From the IMG/VR virus record IMGVR_UViG_3300036945_000956: 64,000 nucleotides of DNA, one strand, 5' to 3'. The translations under genes were made by a program, and so were the position numbers. Shown here piece after piece: positions 1 through 11,509 of this stretch. The first letter of the stretch is position 1, and every line of letters begins with the position of its first letter. The DNA comes from a virus. Taxonomy: Duplodnaviria; Heunggongvirae; Uroviricota; Caudoviricetes. The notes beneath the pieces are model-generated. The model did no database searches. It worked only from the letters and a program-made list of their open reading frames with translations, and had not been told where the DNA came from.

Positions 1-3000
1 TAGCACTTAATACTTTTAATGTATCAATTACAGTTGTGTTTGCCCAATAACCAATAAAATCACCTGCTGCTATTGTGCCAACCAATGTGGTACCACTATA
101 AGCAATCTCAGTATTTGATTTGACAGTCGTAATTGTTTGTGTTAGGTTAGCAGCAACCTTTGCAACCAATTCAGAACCAACAAATGAATTTGATGTAGGT
201 ACAATTGTAAAGAATTCATGATCAGTGTTAGTAAAGTGTTGATAACCAGACTTATCATATTGTCCAGTATACAATGTAAATTTAGCATTTTCGTCCTGAT
301 ATGGGGTCCAAGCACGACCGTTTGTTGACGTAAACAATGTGCCATCAAATGTGTCGTGTGTCACATTGATTTTAGCAACTGGATCATAACCTCCGACTTT
401 ACTTAGATGAATATAATAATCAGGGTGATCATTATCTGGTAAAGCAACAAAGGCATATTCAGTATCTGTTTTTAATTCAACTGGTTCTGCAAATGTTACA
501 ATAGTTTTTACAGTAGTACTGATGGATGAGTTTTCCAAGTATACAACACCATTTTTAACAATGCTATTTGAACTTGGGTAACCATTAACAGTTTCACGAA
601 TTTCAATTGTAACACCAATGTTTGCATCAACAGGCTTTTGCTTAAAATATAATTCAAGTTTTGATAGCATAAGAACACTATCTTTACCTGCATCTCTATC
701 AATTCTAAATGTTTGAGCAAGTGGATCTCTATTTTGACGACGTGGTGTTGGACGAGGTGGATTAAATCCCGTATATGCAATATTTGAATATGAAGTATAT
801 GCATCAGGTGTTAATGTAAAGTCATTTACATCACCAATTTCTAATAATCTTTCACCAACAAGGAAAGTATTTGCTGGGATAGTAAATACAGCTGTTAGAT
901 TTCCACCTGAATCTGAAGTTACTGTAGTACCATCAGGATCTGTTGAATAGATGTCGACAAGATTTGTACTACCTGTTAAAAATTTTCCAGGTGCGCAGAA
1001 TGCATTAACATTCTTTTTATCAAATGCAAAGTAATGACGAGCATTTGGACGAAGTCCTGTTGCTCTAATACGAACATTTTGTGGGCGCATGTAAGCTGAT
1101 TGAAATGCAGTTTGTTCAATATTGGTGCCAGTTTTATTTGCACCAGTGGTTCTTATAGCATTTCCAGTTGTTGAATATCTGTAAATAGATGTTGAATCCA
1201 CATCAAAACTTGGTTCTGGTGTAATGTTAGTATCCCAACCCCCATCAAATGATGGATATATTCTAGCATTACCTTTGAATGACCAGAATTGGTCTGCCAA
1301 TCTTCTTGAACCAGTTGCATATGGTTGATTGATTAATACGCTATCAGTGTTTTTTCTCAATGTAACAGTTGAAATGCCGACACTCACATTTGCATTTGTT
1401 GCGGTAAGATCAGGTTTAATAGTTAATGGATATAATCTAAAAATCGGACTGATTTCTTGAGTGGATACATTATAGCCAGCATTATATTCTGGGTCATCAA
1501 TGTTAGCACCTAAAAGATCACTAAAATTATCTACCAAAATACCATTCTTAAATCTATTCAACCCATCAGCACCAGTGATAATTAGATCTTTTGTAGTTGT
1601 TTCCAAAAGACTAAGAGCTGTATAGTATTCAAGATTGTTTACTCGTGTATCAATTTGACCTACATCTCGCATTGTGTAACGACGATTGTTTCTTTTTGAT
1701 AGTGAAACACCATATTGGTTACGTTTGACGGCATTTGCAAGTTTAGCAGTTAATGATGGGAATGGAGGAATTGAAATGTCTGCCAATACCATACCAACAG
1801 AAGGATCAGCCGGTGCAATTGGAGTTTCAGCAGGTGTGCCAGATTTGAGAACAATATTTCCAGTTGTGTCAATCATTAGCAAGTCTTTTCTTGCCAGATA
1901 ATACTCATAATCCGCAACCAATTCTTTGTTTGGTGTAGGAACAAGACCACCAGTATTAAATGATATTGTGGCAGATGGGTTCACTGATGCTGAAGCTGAA
2001 GTTACAGAATTTGCAGCAGTATTAACTGAATATGGTCTAAAGTCAACAACATCTCTTAGATCGTAAATAGCACCATCACTTGAGGTGAATGTTGGAATTT
2101 CATAAGTCTGAATTGCCGAAGTATTAGCTGTGTTTGCATCATCAATAGGATATGATAATACACTAAAGAAACCATTATCAGTAATACCTTTTTTAAATCT
2201 TGTCAATTTGACAACAAGATTTGAATTTGCTACTAATGATAATCCAGACTTTTTAGAGATTGTTGCCAATCCATAATAATCATCTTTTTGATTTGAGTTT
2301 AATACAAAGAATGATGTTTTATCAGCAGCGGTATTAGCATCTTGATAACCAATTGTTGTGTCACCTACATACACATTGTCAATAGAGTAGACATCTGGGA
2401 ATCCAAGACTCCAAGGACCTGTGCTATTTGTTGTTGCTGTGTTACATGCAATTTTTACATATACAGTTTCAAGGATCTTTTGTGTAGGTGCATTGATACC
2501 GTCTTTTTTCACATTGTGATATAGAATACAATTTGAAATAGAACCGGCTGGTGCTCCAACTGTAATTGAAATATTGGTTGTATTTGTTACTGTCGCAGTA
2601 GCACTTGTCAGATCAATTGGTCTATTAGCAACATACGGTGATGAAGTAGCACCAGCAACAAGAATAAGATCTTTTTTCTGATCTGTTGTCAAAGCACCTA
2701 CTGAATACGGCCACTCACCACTTGTAAGTGTAAATGATAGAACACCACCTGAACTCATTGTTAAGGAATTATTAACAGTTCTTAATGTAAAATAGGTAGT
2801 TGTATTTGCTGCTGGTATTGCTTTAATTGCTGAACGACCAACATTAAATACACGGCGTTTAAATGATTGATCATATATTGTGGTTGTAATTAAATCAGCA
2901 GTACCAACGTTTGTTGCATAAACTAATGCTTTTACATCATCCCATTTCTTTGTTGATGCCATAGTAATGTCAGAAATATATGCTTTATATATTGCAGTGT

Positions 3001-4303
3001 TTGAACCAATAGTACCACTATCATAAGTGATTGCCATGATCTTTGCAGTACCAATGGAAGTCCCTGCTGCTGATCCAATTGAACCATCAGTCACATTAGT
3101 CTGAACTGTATCATAAAGTGCCACGTTTGCACCAAGATGAGTATCAAACCGACCCATGAATTCTTTGACAAGAATATAGTTACCATAATTCGTTGAAATA
3201 TTCTGAGAACTTTCAGTCAAATATGTAGATGATTTAGGAAGATCAAGACTAATTTTGTCAAGAAGTTCTACTCTCTTACCTTCAACATATGCTAAACCTT
3301 TATTCACATCAAGTGCAATAGCAGACGTATTTGCGCTATCAGATGTATTAATTACAAAATCATTAACAATATAATTACCTGATTCTTCTTTTGTGCGCTT
3401 TTCAATTACACTCATAATCGTGCTATATTGAGTGTCATTATTTCTACGAATAACACGACCATATGCATATTCTTGAATAGCAAAGAATGATGAATTTGCA
3501 ATTGCTTCATCAGTTGTTTTCGTCACAAGAATTGGAGTAAGTTTTAAACGATCAGCACCTGGCGCATTATAGTTATTAAAACCATTTGCATTATCAAGCA
3601 ATGATGTATCTGCATTGCTATTAATAATTGACTCATCAGTACTAAAACCAACCACAACATTATTTGGGCTGTTTGTATATTTTGAAACTACAGTAAGTTG
3701 TTCTTCAACACGTGAGAAGAAACCTTTTTGATAAATGATACCATCACCAGTTTTTATACCATATGCTTTACCAACTGCATTTGCTGGAACTGTAAGAATA
3801 CTTCCTGCTGCAGTAACAGTATCAATAATAGTATTGCTGGTATTCAGCAAATATAGGTTTTCAGTACTATTAAATGTTTTGATTTCAGTATTTGGGTTAC
3901 CAGAACCTGTATATTTAAAGAATAAAGTATTTAAATCCGGATCTTGAGATTCTAATCCATTAGCATATGTTTGAATAACACCTGAAACACCAGTAGTTGC
4001 ACCAATAATTTTAAGTCCATCATATGAACTCATTGAAACTGGTTGACCATTAGTATTCAGATCAAGAATTTTAATATATGCAAGATTATCAATTTCTGAA
4101 AAATTACAACCTTGAATAATTGTACCATCAACAAGAATATTATTACCAAAGCGTTCAATTTGATTCTGAAGAATCGTTTGAAGTTGAGTTAATTCTCTTG
4201 CTTGTAGTGCAACACCTGGCTTAAATAGCACACGATAAAAGCTATTAGCTTCATTAAAATCATCAAAATATGGCGCTTGATTAAAATCAGTAGTTAGACC
4301 CAT
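1..4303 (-). CDS. Large virion structural protein, 5' partial (continues past the window start); putative tail fiber or baseplate-associated protein
   Basis: ATG at 4303 with a GAGG SD 9 nt upstream. N-terminus MGLTTDFNQAPYFDDFNEANSFYRVLFKPGVALQARELTQLQTILQNQIERFG. No competing long ORFs on either strand across 1 to 4300. Composition is Asn, Thr, Ser and Gly rich, like tail fiber proteins. Confidence 0.55.
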   Translation of the reverse strand, partial: MGLTTDFNQAPYFDDFNEANSFYRVLFKPGVALQARELTQLQTILQNQIERFGNNILVDGTIIQGCNFSEIDNLAYIKILDLNTNGQPVSMSSYDGLKIIGATTGVSGVIQTYANGLESQDPDLNTLFFKYTGSGNPNTEIKTFNSTENLYLLNTSNTIIDTVTAAGSILTVPANAVGKAYGIKTGDGIIYQKGFFSRVEEQLTVVSKYTNSPNNVVVGFSTDESIINSNADTSLLDNANGFNNYNAPGADRLKLTPILVTKTTDEAIANSSFFAIQEYAYGRVIRRNNDTQYSTIMSVIEKRTKEESGNYIVNDFVINTSDSANTSAIALDVNKGLAYVEGKRVELLDKISLDLPKSSTYLTESSQNISTNYGNYILVKEFMGRFDTHLGANVALYDTVQTNVTDGSIGSAAGTSIGTAKIMAITYDSGTIGSNTAIYKAYISDITMASTKKWDDVKALVYATNVGTADLITTTIYDQSFKRRVFNVGRSAIKAIPAANTTTYFTLRTVNNSLTMSSGGVLSFTLTSGEWPYSVGALTTDQKKDLILVAGATSSPYVANRPIDLTSATATVTNTTNISITVGAPAGSISNCILYHNVKKDGINAPTQKILETVYVKIACNTATTNSTGPWSLGFPDVYSIDNVYVGDTTIGYQDANTAADKTSFFVLNSNQKDDYYGLATISKKSGLSLVANSNLVVKLTRFKKGITDNGFFSVLSYPIDDANTANTSAIQTYEIPTFTSSDGAIYDLRDVVDFRPYSVNTAANSVTSASASVNPSATISFNTGGLVPTPNKELVADYEYYLARKDLLMIDTTGNIVLKSGTPAETPIAPADPSVGMVLADISIPPFPSLTAKLANAVKRNQYGVSLSKRNNRRYTMRDVGQIDTRVNNLEYYTALSLLETTTKDLIITGADGLNRFKNGILVDNFSDLLGANIDDPEYNAGYNVSTQEISPIFRLYPLTIKPDLTATNANVSVGISTVTLRKNTDSVLINQPYATGSRRLADQFWSFKGNARIYPSFDGGWDTNITPEPSFDVDSTSIYRYSTTGNAIRTTGANKTGTNIEQTAFQSAYMRPQNVRIRATGLRPNARHYFAFDKKNVNAFCAPGKFLTGSTNLVDIYSTDPDGTTVTSDSGGNLTAVFTIPANTFLVGERLLEIGDVNDFTLTPDAYTSYSNIAYTGFNPPRPTPRRQNRDPLAQTFRIDRDAGKDSVLMLSKLELYFKQKPVDANIGVTIEIRETVNGYPSSNSIVKNGVVYLENSSISTTVKTIVTFAEPVELKTDTEYAFVALPDNDHPDYYIHLSKVGGYDPVAKINVTHDTFDGTLFTSTNGRAWTPYQDENAKFTLYTGQYDKSGYQHFTNTDHEFFTIVPTSNSFVGSELVAKVAANLTQTITTVKSNTEIAYSGTTLVGTIAAGDFIGYWANTTVIDTLKVLSA

Positions 4304-4316
4304 CTATTTTAGCCTC

Positions 4317-6650
4317 TTAAAATTCAATTATTATTTTTACTTTTTCAGTTTGTGAAGTACTACGAGCAATTGGAGTAAATGTTTCAACATATAATATTTC
4401 GCCAGAACCATCAACTACTGAATTCAAAGTATTAACTTTTCCGGTAAGTTTAGCTGTTGCACCATTTATTTGCCCTACAAATGTATTTATAACGCCTGAC
4501 GGATCATCAGAAAGATTAAATACACCTTGAACACCAGTTAAACCAATTACAGTACTTGTTGTATTACTACCATTCAGGCTGTGAATATATCCTAAACCAT
4601 TTGCTTGGAAAGTATTATCAACATTTGATACTGACGCAACAACTGTATTTCCAGATGTTTTAATAATATTGATAGTACTATTTCCAACTAAAAATGTGCC
4701 AAAATTAGGATTAATTGTTATTGTATTTGCACCACGATCAATAATAATACCATTTGCTGTCACTGTAGAATCATTGTATTGTGTAATTAATGCACCTTCA
4801 CTGAACGAAAATGCTGAAGTATTTGTTGTTAACTTTACAACGTCTGAACTAATTAACTGTAATCCTGTCTGAAGAACTAATTCATCAAGTTCAAAACCTT
4901 TATCAGCAGGACCTGTATTTGTGATCACAACATTGTAGATTTCACGTTGATCAAAAGTAGTCAATGATCTATCAATTGCTGAAACACTTGCGGTAGTATT
5001 ACTTGTACTTCCAGTAATGTAGTTTACAGTACTATTTCCTGTTCCAAAAAATCCATCTATGTTGGTAAGTCGTAATGTTGTACCGTCACGATTTGAAACT
5101 TGACCTGTTGCCCCAGTGTTAGCTTGAACAATATATTCGCCTGCCGTAAAGTTAGCTGCAACACTTGCCGATAATGTCAATTGAACATTTGCAAATAATG
5201 GATCTTTAATAATTGATATTTTTCTAAAATCATTTGTTGCTGGAATTGTACTTGATTCCGTATTTGCAAATGACATACCAATACCAATTCTATTTGCATA
5301 TAACTCATTAATTACATCAGAACCGTGACCACCTTGTGGAGAAATGATTGCTCTTGCCTTTGCAGTTGATGTATTAATAACACCATTTGAAGTACCAGTA
5401 GAAATGTTACCAGTGTTTGCAATAATTGTAATATTTGCAAATGTATAATTTGATCCTGAGTTAATAATTTCAATATCTGAAATTGAGTTAGCTGATGGAT
5501 TTACAATGGCAATTGCTTTTGCATTTGATCCATCACCATTAATGACTACACGTGGACCAATTTCAAATACAGAACTTACATCTGGAACTGTTTGTAATGG
5601 TGAATCTAATAGAACACGGCGAGTATCACCAGTAGAATAATATTCTGTGATATTTCTTAACTGACCTGCACCTAAACCTGAACGAATATAAAATGAGTTA
5701 TTTTTATAAAAGCCGGCATTTGGATTTAATGATGTCGTAAGCGGTGTTGCTGAAAGTATTGTTCTATTAGTAGTTGTTGTAACACCAATAATATTTGCGC
5801 CTGGATTAAATGATCTATCAACATTTGTAATTCTTAAAGTATTATTTGAGGTAAATACGGCAACAATAACACCATTTGATGTTTTATTAGTTGCGGTATT
5901 TAGTGATGTAACTTTTTCTTCAGTAAATCCTGCCACACTTGATAATGTCACATCATATTCAGAATAACGTTCTGATGAAATAGAATATAATAATGTATTA
6001 CCACCAACAGTGGCCTCCTTAATGGTGCCTGTTGCATAACTATTGTATTCTGAACCTGGGTTTGTAATAAGAATTGTATTAATTGAACCAACCACAGCAT
6101 TAGATGTCACATTGGCATTTGGAACAACTGGAATATATTCTGCTGTGGCAAATTTGGAGTATGTAGATGCATCCACAGAAAACATATATTTCCACTGATA
6201 CCCGTCATTTGTCACATAAGTTTCATCATCTGCCGATGTTTCTGAAAATAATGGTTGACTTATTGATTGAGACCTGTTATTATTATTCAGACACTTAAAT
6301 ATATGATAATTTGTACTTTCAGGTGATACGACAAAAAAGTTCTTTGTCTCTAAATTGGCCACTGTATCATCATACATATCATATATTGTACCAGAAGTCC
6401 AAGAAACATTTCGAATCATATGCTTAATATCAGCAGGTGTAATATTTTTACCAAAGATAAGATCATCGTATAGATTATAATGGTTTTCTATAATAGAATT
6501 CACAGGATCTGGTGGGGAACTATCATTTGTAAAAGGTGTGCTTTTATGGGCACCAATATAATAGATTGAATTAGCAGATTCATTCACAGACTCAAGAAAT
6601 TGAGCAGCGGCATGTGTACGAAAATTACTTACAATAAGACGAGACATCAA
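4317..6650 (-). CDS. Baseplate wedge or tail structural protein (777 aa; gp8/gp10-position)
   Basis: Long ORF, tightly packed between the gp7-like gene and the giant structural ORF. Composition is Thr, Asn, Ser and Gly rich, typical of fibrous virion proteins. Confidence 0.5.
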   Translation of the reverse strand: MMSRLIVSNFRTHAAAQFLESVNESANSIYYIGAHKSTPFTNDSSPPDPVNSIIENHYNLYDDLIFGKNITPADIKHMIRNVSWTSGTIYDMYDDTVANLETKNFFVVSPESTNYHIFKCLNNNNRSQSISQPLFSETSADDETYVTNDGYQWKYMFSVDASTYSKFATAEYIPVVPNANVTSNAVVGSINTILITNPGSEYNSYATGTIKEATVGGNTLLYSISSERYSEYDVTLSSVAGFTEEKVTSLNTATNKTSNGVIVAVFTSNNTLRITNVDRSFNPGANIIGVTTTTNRTILSATPLTTSLNPNAGFYKNNSFYIRSGLGAGQLRNITEYYSTGDTRRVLLDSPLQTVPDVSSVFEIGPRVVINGDGSNAKAIAIVNPSANSISDIEIINSGSNYTFANITIIANTGNISTGTSNGVINTSTAKARAIISPQGGHGSDVINELYANRIGIGMSFANTESSTIPATNDFRKISIIKDPLFANVQLTLSASVAANFTAGEYIVQANTGATGQVSNRDGTTLRLTNIDGFFGTGNSTVNYITGSTSNTTASVSAIDRSLTTFDQREIYNVVITNTGPADKGFELDELVLQTGLQLISSDVVKLTTNTSAFSFSEGALITQYNDSTVTANGIIIDRGANTITINPNFGTFLVGNSTINIIKTSGNTVVASVSNVDNTFQANGLGYIHSLNGSNTTSTVIGLTGVQGVFNLSDDPSGVINTFVGQINGATAKLTGKVNTLNSVVDGSGEILYVETFTPIARSTSQTEKVKIIIEF

Positions 6651-6657
6651 TTATTCC

Positions 6658-9600
6658 TTAGGCTGATGTTATACTACTATTGGCAATGGCAATACTTAAA
6701 TTAGCTGTTGATCTTTTTTCAACACTACCAAATATTTCATTACCAGCAACATGCAATATCTTTTTAACAATATCTTCATATCTATTTATAGACAATCCTG
6801 AAATGATGTCATACGAATATTCTTGATAGTATCTATTATCCTGAATCTTCTTTTCAGAGTTCAGATGTGATGTTGTTGTTTTCCAATAACCTTCACCAAT
6901 ACCTTGATTCAAAATGTTTGTAGTACCTTCAAGTAAAAACTGATTGTTAACACTTTCAAGAGTGACAACACCATCTTGTACATATCCAAAACCAGAATCA
7001 ATAACCTCAAGTGAAGTTGCAATACCATTTGCAACAATAACATTTGATGATATAATTGCATTATCACCAAGAACACTTGAAGTACTATCGGCCTGAACAT
7101 TTAAAATATTTGCACTAGCATTTGAATCAACACCAGTAATAGCAATTCCAGCCGAAAATGCAACATTAAATGATGTTCTGTGAACTTTAAGTATTTTTCC
7201 AATAGTGTCATATTGTAATACTTTTCCTTTAGCAGATGTACTCTGTTCAAGGTTTTCACCAACAATAAATGATCCAATCACATTGTTTAATTCAAGATAA
7301 AAATCACCTCTTGCATATGAAGCAATATATGGATTATATACTCTTGTAAATGGATTTGCGTTATAGTTAATACCTGGATTTATTTTTCCTAGTGAACCAA
7401 TAGAACCAATAGTAAAGTTTTCAGATGTAAGAAGACTAGTAATAGTATCTGTAATCTCACCTTGTGGATTCTTGATAAATCCATAACCATAATTCATCAC
7501 TGGTGATATGCTAGCAACTGTGCCAGACGTTGCAGGAAGCGTAAGACTAGGTGAAGTGTAGTAACCTTCGCCAGGATCTGTTACAGTCACTGTAGTGATC
7601 ACACCTGAACCATTTGTAGTGATATATGCATTTGCCTGTAACCATGGATTGCCACCGCCTTGACCACCGCCCGTAAATGTAATTAAACCACCATTTGCAT
7701 ATAAAGTGCCACCAGTATTTACAGTTACTGTTTGTACAAATCCAATACCAGATTCTTGACCATTCAATAATACATTCAGGAATGGAGTATTGGCTGTATT
7801 ATTTGCACCTACAAGATCAGTATTTAAAGCAACAGTTTCAGCATTTTCCAATACACCTACTTTAAAATTAGCACCAGTACCTGTTCTTATTCCTGTTATA
7901 ACTGTGTTTAGCTCAATGATAGTACCGTTTGCATATCGTGGAGGTGATATTAATAATTCACGATTTGTTTCAACATAAAAGTTACCTGCTTCATTATAGA
8001 AAAATGGTTGTGTATTTCCATAGATACCAATTGCTATTGTATTCTGCCCAACAATAAATCCATTTGCATATGCTTTTGTTATGTTATTCTTACCTGCAGG
8101 GGCTCCAATAACGCCATTTGCACTATTATTACTATTTAGATATACAGATGCTGCACCAGTATTTGTATTTGATGAAATTGTAGCAATAAGTTTGGTGCGA
8201 TCACCACGAATTTTATTGCCATCATTAAAGACACCATATACAATTCTTGCACTCACATTTGCTCCAGTAACATTAGTTACCAAACCTCTTGCTCCAGTAT
8301 TTGACACCGTAACGGAACTAACTGAACAGTTCACAGTTGGATTACTGGTTTTAATTAGTGATTGAGTTGTTACAAATGTTCCCCACGATTCTTTAACAAT
8401 AATTGTATTTGCAGTGCTTGATTCCACTAAACCAAATGCACTACTAGTAATTGTATTTGACACAGGTTCACGAATTGTTTGACTGACGGCATCATTAACA
8501 TTAAAACCAGTATTTGAAGATACTGATAATGTAACAATACTTTGCTCATCAATATATTCACCGATGGAATATGCTGTTGCTGAACTTAAAGTAAATTTAG
8601 TTTGATCACCAAATGTTGTATCACCGAGTAATTGAACAGTCACTAATGAATTGGCAGATGGTGTTGTGATAATATCACCAGTAGCATTTGTATTAGCAAC
8701 TGAAATAATAATTGAGTTTGCCACCACAGTATTTGCAGCATTTCTACCAGACAGATAGTCACCAACATTGGCGCTATTGACATTTGTTGCGGATGCAAGA
8801 TATATTTTTTCAATTCGTTGCAGAACTGGTTCATATAATGAATATGAAAGATTTGCGTTATTGACATTTAAAAGTGCTGTTGAAACATATACGTTTGTTG
8901 TATTGGTTGTTGTATATCCATAACCGCCATCGACAAGTTTAAAGTCAACACGACCAGTAGCATTCTCAATACCAGTCACACGAACCTTACCGTGTTTTGC
9001 TTCACTGCTTATAATATCAAGAATGTCACCAATTTTATTATCTTTGCCACCAGATATGATATTAATAGAAGTCAATGATCCATTGACTGATGGGGCTCCA
9101 TTGAGTGAAACACTATCAGTAATTTGTTCACCATAAATAAAATTTCCCTTAATTGAACTTAGATATACAATATCAATAAGTTTCCCATTAACACGTTTAG
9201 TAATAATACTTTCAACAAAAGCTTTAGTTCCAGTAATTGAACCAGTAATTTGTTTATTAATGAATGTTTTTGTTCTGGGACTTTTTGTAACTTCAATATA
9301 AATTTGATTGTACCATAAAGAATCCGACGGCTTGATAATATCATCACCTGGATAATACACATCAATTTCTTGATTATAAAGAAGTTTCATAAGCAACTCT
9401 AATGAGTACTTAGAACCTTTTGTTGAATATAGGTCAAGAATATGTTTGATTGCAAATCGCTTATCAGTTGTGATAATTGATGGAAAGTCAGCCAAGAATT
9501 CATTTTTGAAATGTGATATGAATGAATCCAAAGACTCATCAATATCACTTAATTCAAACATTTGACGTGATAATTTTATCGAATACTTGTCAGTTGTTTC

Positions 9601-9714
9601 AAGAAACTCATAATAGGCTTTTATGAATGCAACTAATTCAGCACCTTGCTCACGATAATAAGCAGGAAATTGTGACTCAATTACATGTGATATTGTTTGT
9701 GTAATATCAGTCAT
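6658..9714 (-). CDS. Baseplate wedge protein, gp7-like (1018 aa)
   Basis: Size and position immediately downstream of gp6-like, as in T4-like baseplate operons. It abuts the neighbouring genes with 2 bp and 7 bp gaps. Confidence 0.5.
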   Translation of the reverse strand: MTDITQTISHVIESQFPAYYREQGAELVAFIKAYYEFLETTDKYSIKLSRQMFELSDIDESLDSFISHFKNEFLADFPSIITTDKRFAIKHILDLYSTKGSKYSLELLMKLLYNQEIDVYYPGDDIIKPSDSLWYNQIYIEVTKSPRTKTFINKQITGSITGTKAFVESIITKRVNGKLIDIVYLSSIKGNFIYGEQITDSVSLNGAPSVNGSLTSINIISGGKDNKIGDILDIISSEAKHGKVRVTGIENATGRVDFKLVDGGYGYTTTNTTNVYVSTALLNVNNANLSYSLYEPVLQRIEKIYLASATNVNSANVGDYLSGRNAANTVVANSIIISVANTNATGDIITTPSANSLVTVQLLGDTTFGDQTKFTLSSATAYSIGEYIDEQSIVTLSVSSNTGFNVNDAVSQTIREPVSNTITSSAFGLVESSTANTIIVKESWGTFVTTQSLIKTSNPTVNCSVSSVTVSNTGARGLVTNVTGANVSARIVYGVFNDGNKIRGDRTKLIATISSNTNTGAASVYLNSNNSANGVIGAPAGKNNITKAYANGFIVGQNTIAIGIYGNTQPFFYNEAGNFYVETNRELLISPPRYANGTIIELNTVITGIRTGTGANFKVGVLENAETVALNTDLVGANNTANTPFLNVLLNGQESGIGFVQTVTVNTGGTLYANGGLITFTGGGQGGGNPWLQANAYITTNGSGVITTVTVTDPGEGYYTSPSLTLPATSGTVASISPVMNYGYGFIKNPQGEITDTITSLLTSENFTIGSIGSLGKINPGINYNANPFTRVYNPYIASYARGDFYLELNNVIGSFIVGENLEQSTSAKGKVLQYDTIGKILKVHRTSFNVAFSAGIAITGVDSNASANILNVQADSTSSVLGDNAIISSNVIVANGIATSLEVIDSGFGYVQDGVVTLESVNNQFLLEGTTNILNQGIGEGYWKTTTSHLNSEKKIQDNRYYQEYSYDIISGLSINRYEDIVKKILHVAGNEIFGSVEKRSTANLSIAIANSSITSA

Positions 9715-9715
9715 C

Positions 9716-11509
9716 TTATCCTGCTACTCCATATACGGTGATAAGTACATCTTCTGGTCGAATAGTAATAATTCTATTGTTTGGCGGCACAATGTCACTT
9801 AACACTGTTCTTCCATATATTCTTAAATCAGCACCTTCATATGCAGAAATATTAAGTGCTTTAATAGTAACTTTACCAGTCATATAATCAACACTACCAA
9901 TATCATCATTTAAGTAAATAAAACCACCATTTGTTGTTTGAAGTATTTGTAATTTACCTAAACCATCATCTTGAATAAACGCAGAGTCTTTTCCAGCATA
10001 TGTAAATGTTGAAGATTTAATAGCTGGTTTATGTGTGTTAACCAATTCACCAGTAGTCAATGGATGATCAATGATCAGTTGATTTTTAAATTCTAATGAA
10101 TATGCATTATTTACATTTAATGTTGGATTGATCGCAAGAATGGCTTGAACTGATGTATCATTTGATAGTATGCTAACGTTACTATTATCAATTGTGGATG
10201 TAAAATTAGAATATCTAAATGTTTTCTTAAAATCGGATAGATTATTTGTACTGTATTTGGTGATTGAATTAGCAACAAGATCTTTAATTGCAACAGGAGA
10301 TAAATCTGTTACATTAATATTATAGTAAACATTACTTGTAACATATAGATACATAAATTCAGCAGCTTCAATGATTGGTTCAATACCCAGAGCTGTTCTA
10401 TCTTTTAAGTAGTTGTAATATTTGTTCTTATCATTACTTGATAGTCCATAAGCATTATTGGTATCAACTGCAACAATGACACGACCATATTGTGGCGGAT
10501 CACGTTCTTCACCACCGTAAGCCAATGCAGCTTGAATTTCTGGAAACTTATTTTTCAAAATAATTTCAAAATCAGACTTAGTAATTGCACGATCTTGAAT
10601 CTGAATGGATTTTGGTGCAAAGTATTTGATTGACTCAATACTTTCAATGTCTGAGCCACCTGCCGATGTTGAGTTTAATGATACGGTTGCTTGATAACCA
10701 GAAATAGAACCTGATGGTGCCATGCTAGTAATACCATTTGCAGCCGAACCAACGGTCATACGATATTCAATAAGTACAACATTACCAGTTGTCGGAACAT
10801 TTCCAAATACGTTTTGACCAAATCCAATCTCATACTTATCATCAAAATACGGTTGAACATAGAAAACATTGTCTAATGATCCAACACCAAAGATATTTGA
10901 TTTTGGCATATATGTGATACCGGTTGTATCGGTTGATGTAGCTTTAACAGTGACACGAATACTGTTTGTATCTACATTCTTATTTGAGATAACAAATCGT
11001 TGTGTGTTTATATTAGTGACAGAATATGCTTCAGTGATATAACTGCCTTCATAAACTTCAAGGTTGTTATACACAAATGAGTTATTGACATTTGGTATTG
11101 ACACAGCATCAGTACTATAGAATGTGTAAGTCTTGTTGCCACATCTTGCAATGAATTTTGTTTTTGCAGGAATTGTAATTGTTGCTGGATATGGTGCAGC
11201 CACAGACAGTCTTACAGCAATTTTTGCAACTGATGATGTGTATGATCTTGGAAGATAATTCAAGGACTTTGCATGTGAAATGACTGAATCTCTTAGTTGT
11301 GATGAGTCAAGAAACATTTCAGAAATTGCCATATTTGTATAGAAGTTATTCTGATATGTATTATAAGCCAATATGTCTAATAGGACAGACATATTTGAAC
11401 CTTCAAAATCATAGTCCTTAAACTGGTTTTGACCTTTAAGGTAAGCTTTAAGATCAGCTTTTACCTGATCAAAGTCTAAATTAGTGATACTGTTAACTGT
11501 AGTTGCCAT
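9716..11509 (-). CDS. 6: Baseplate wedge protein gp6
   Basis: N-terminal FKDYDFEGSNMSVLLDILAYNT matches the T4 gp6 motif FLDYDFEGSRLNVLCDLLAYNT. It sits downstream of gp25. Confidence 0.75.
   Translation of the reverse strand: MATTVNSITNLDFDQVKADLKAYLKGQNQFKDYDFEGSNMSVLLDILAYNTYQNNFYTNMAISEMFLDSSQLRDSVISHAKSLNYLPRSYTSSVAKIAVRLSVAAPYPATITIPAKTKFIARCGNKTYTFYSTDAVSIPNVNNSFVYNNLEVYEGSYITEAYSVTNINTQRFVISNKNVDTNSIRVTVKATSTDTTGITYMPKSNIFGVGSLDNVFYVQPYFDDKYEIGFGQNVFGNVPTTGNVVLIEYRMTVGSAANGITSMAPSGSISGYQATVSLNSTSAGGSDIESIESIKYFAPKSIQIQDRAITKSDFEIILKNKFPEIQAALAYGGEERDPPQYGRVIVAVDTNNAYGLSSNDKNKYYNYLKDRTALGIEPIIEAAEFMYLYVTSNVYYNINVTDLSPVAIKDLVANSITKYSTNNLSDFKKTFRYSNFTSTIDNSNVSILSNDTSVQAILAINPTLNVNNAYSLEFKNQLIIDHPLTTGELVNTHKPAIKSSTFTYAGKDSAFIQDDGLGKLQILQTTNGGFIYLNDDIGSVDYMTGKVTIKALNISAYEGADLRIYGRTVLSDIVPPNNRIITIRPEDVLITVYGVAG

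Noticed and set aside
508-4872. Short plus and minus ORFs inside the giant structural genes (for example 508..804, 1686..1901, 3735..3947, 4669..4872) and the many 60 to 140 aa plus-strand ORFs antisense to minus-strand genes throughout
   Set aside because: Their amino-acid composition is Leu, Ile and His-rich junk typical of antisense frames. They are fully embedded in long well-supported ORFs, and none has the promoter or SD cassette.
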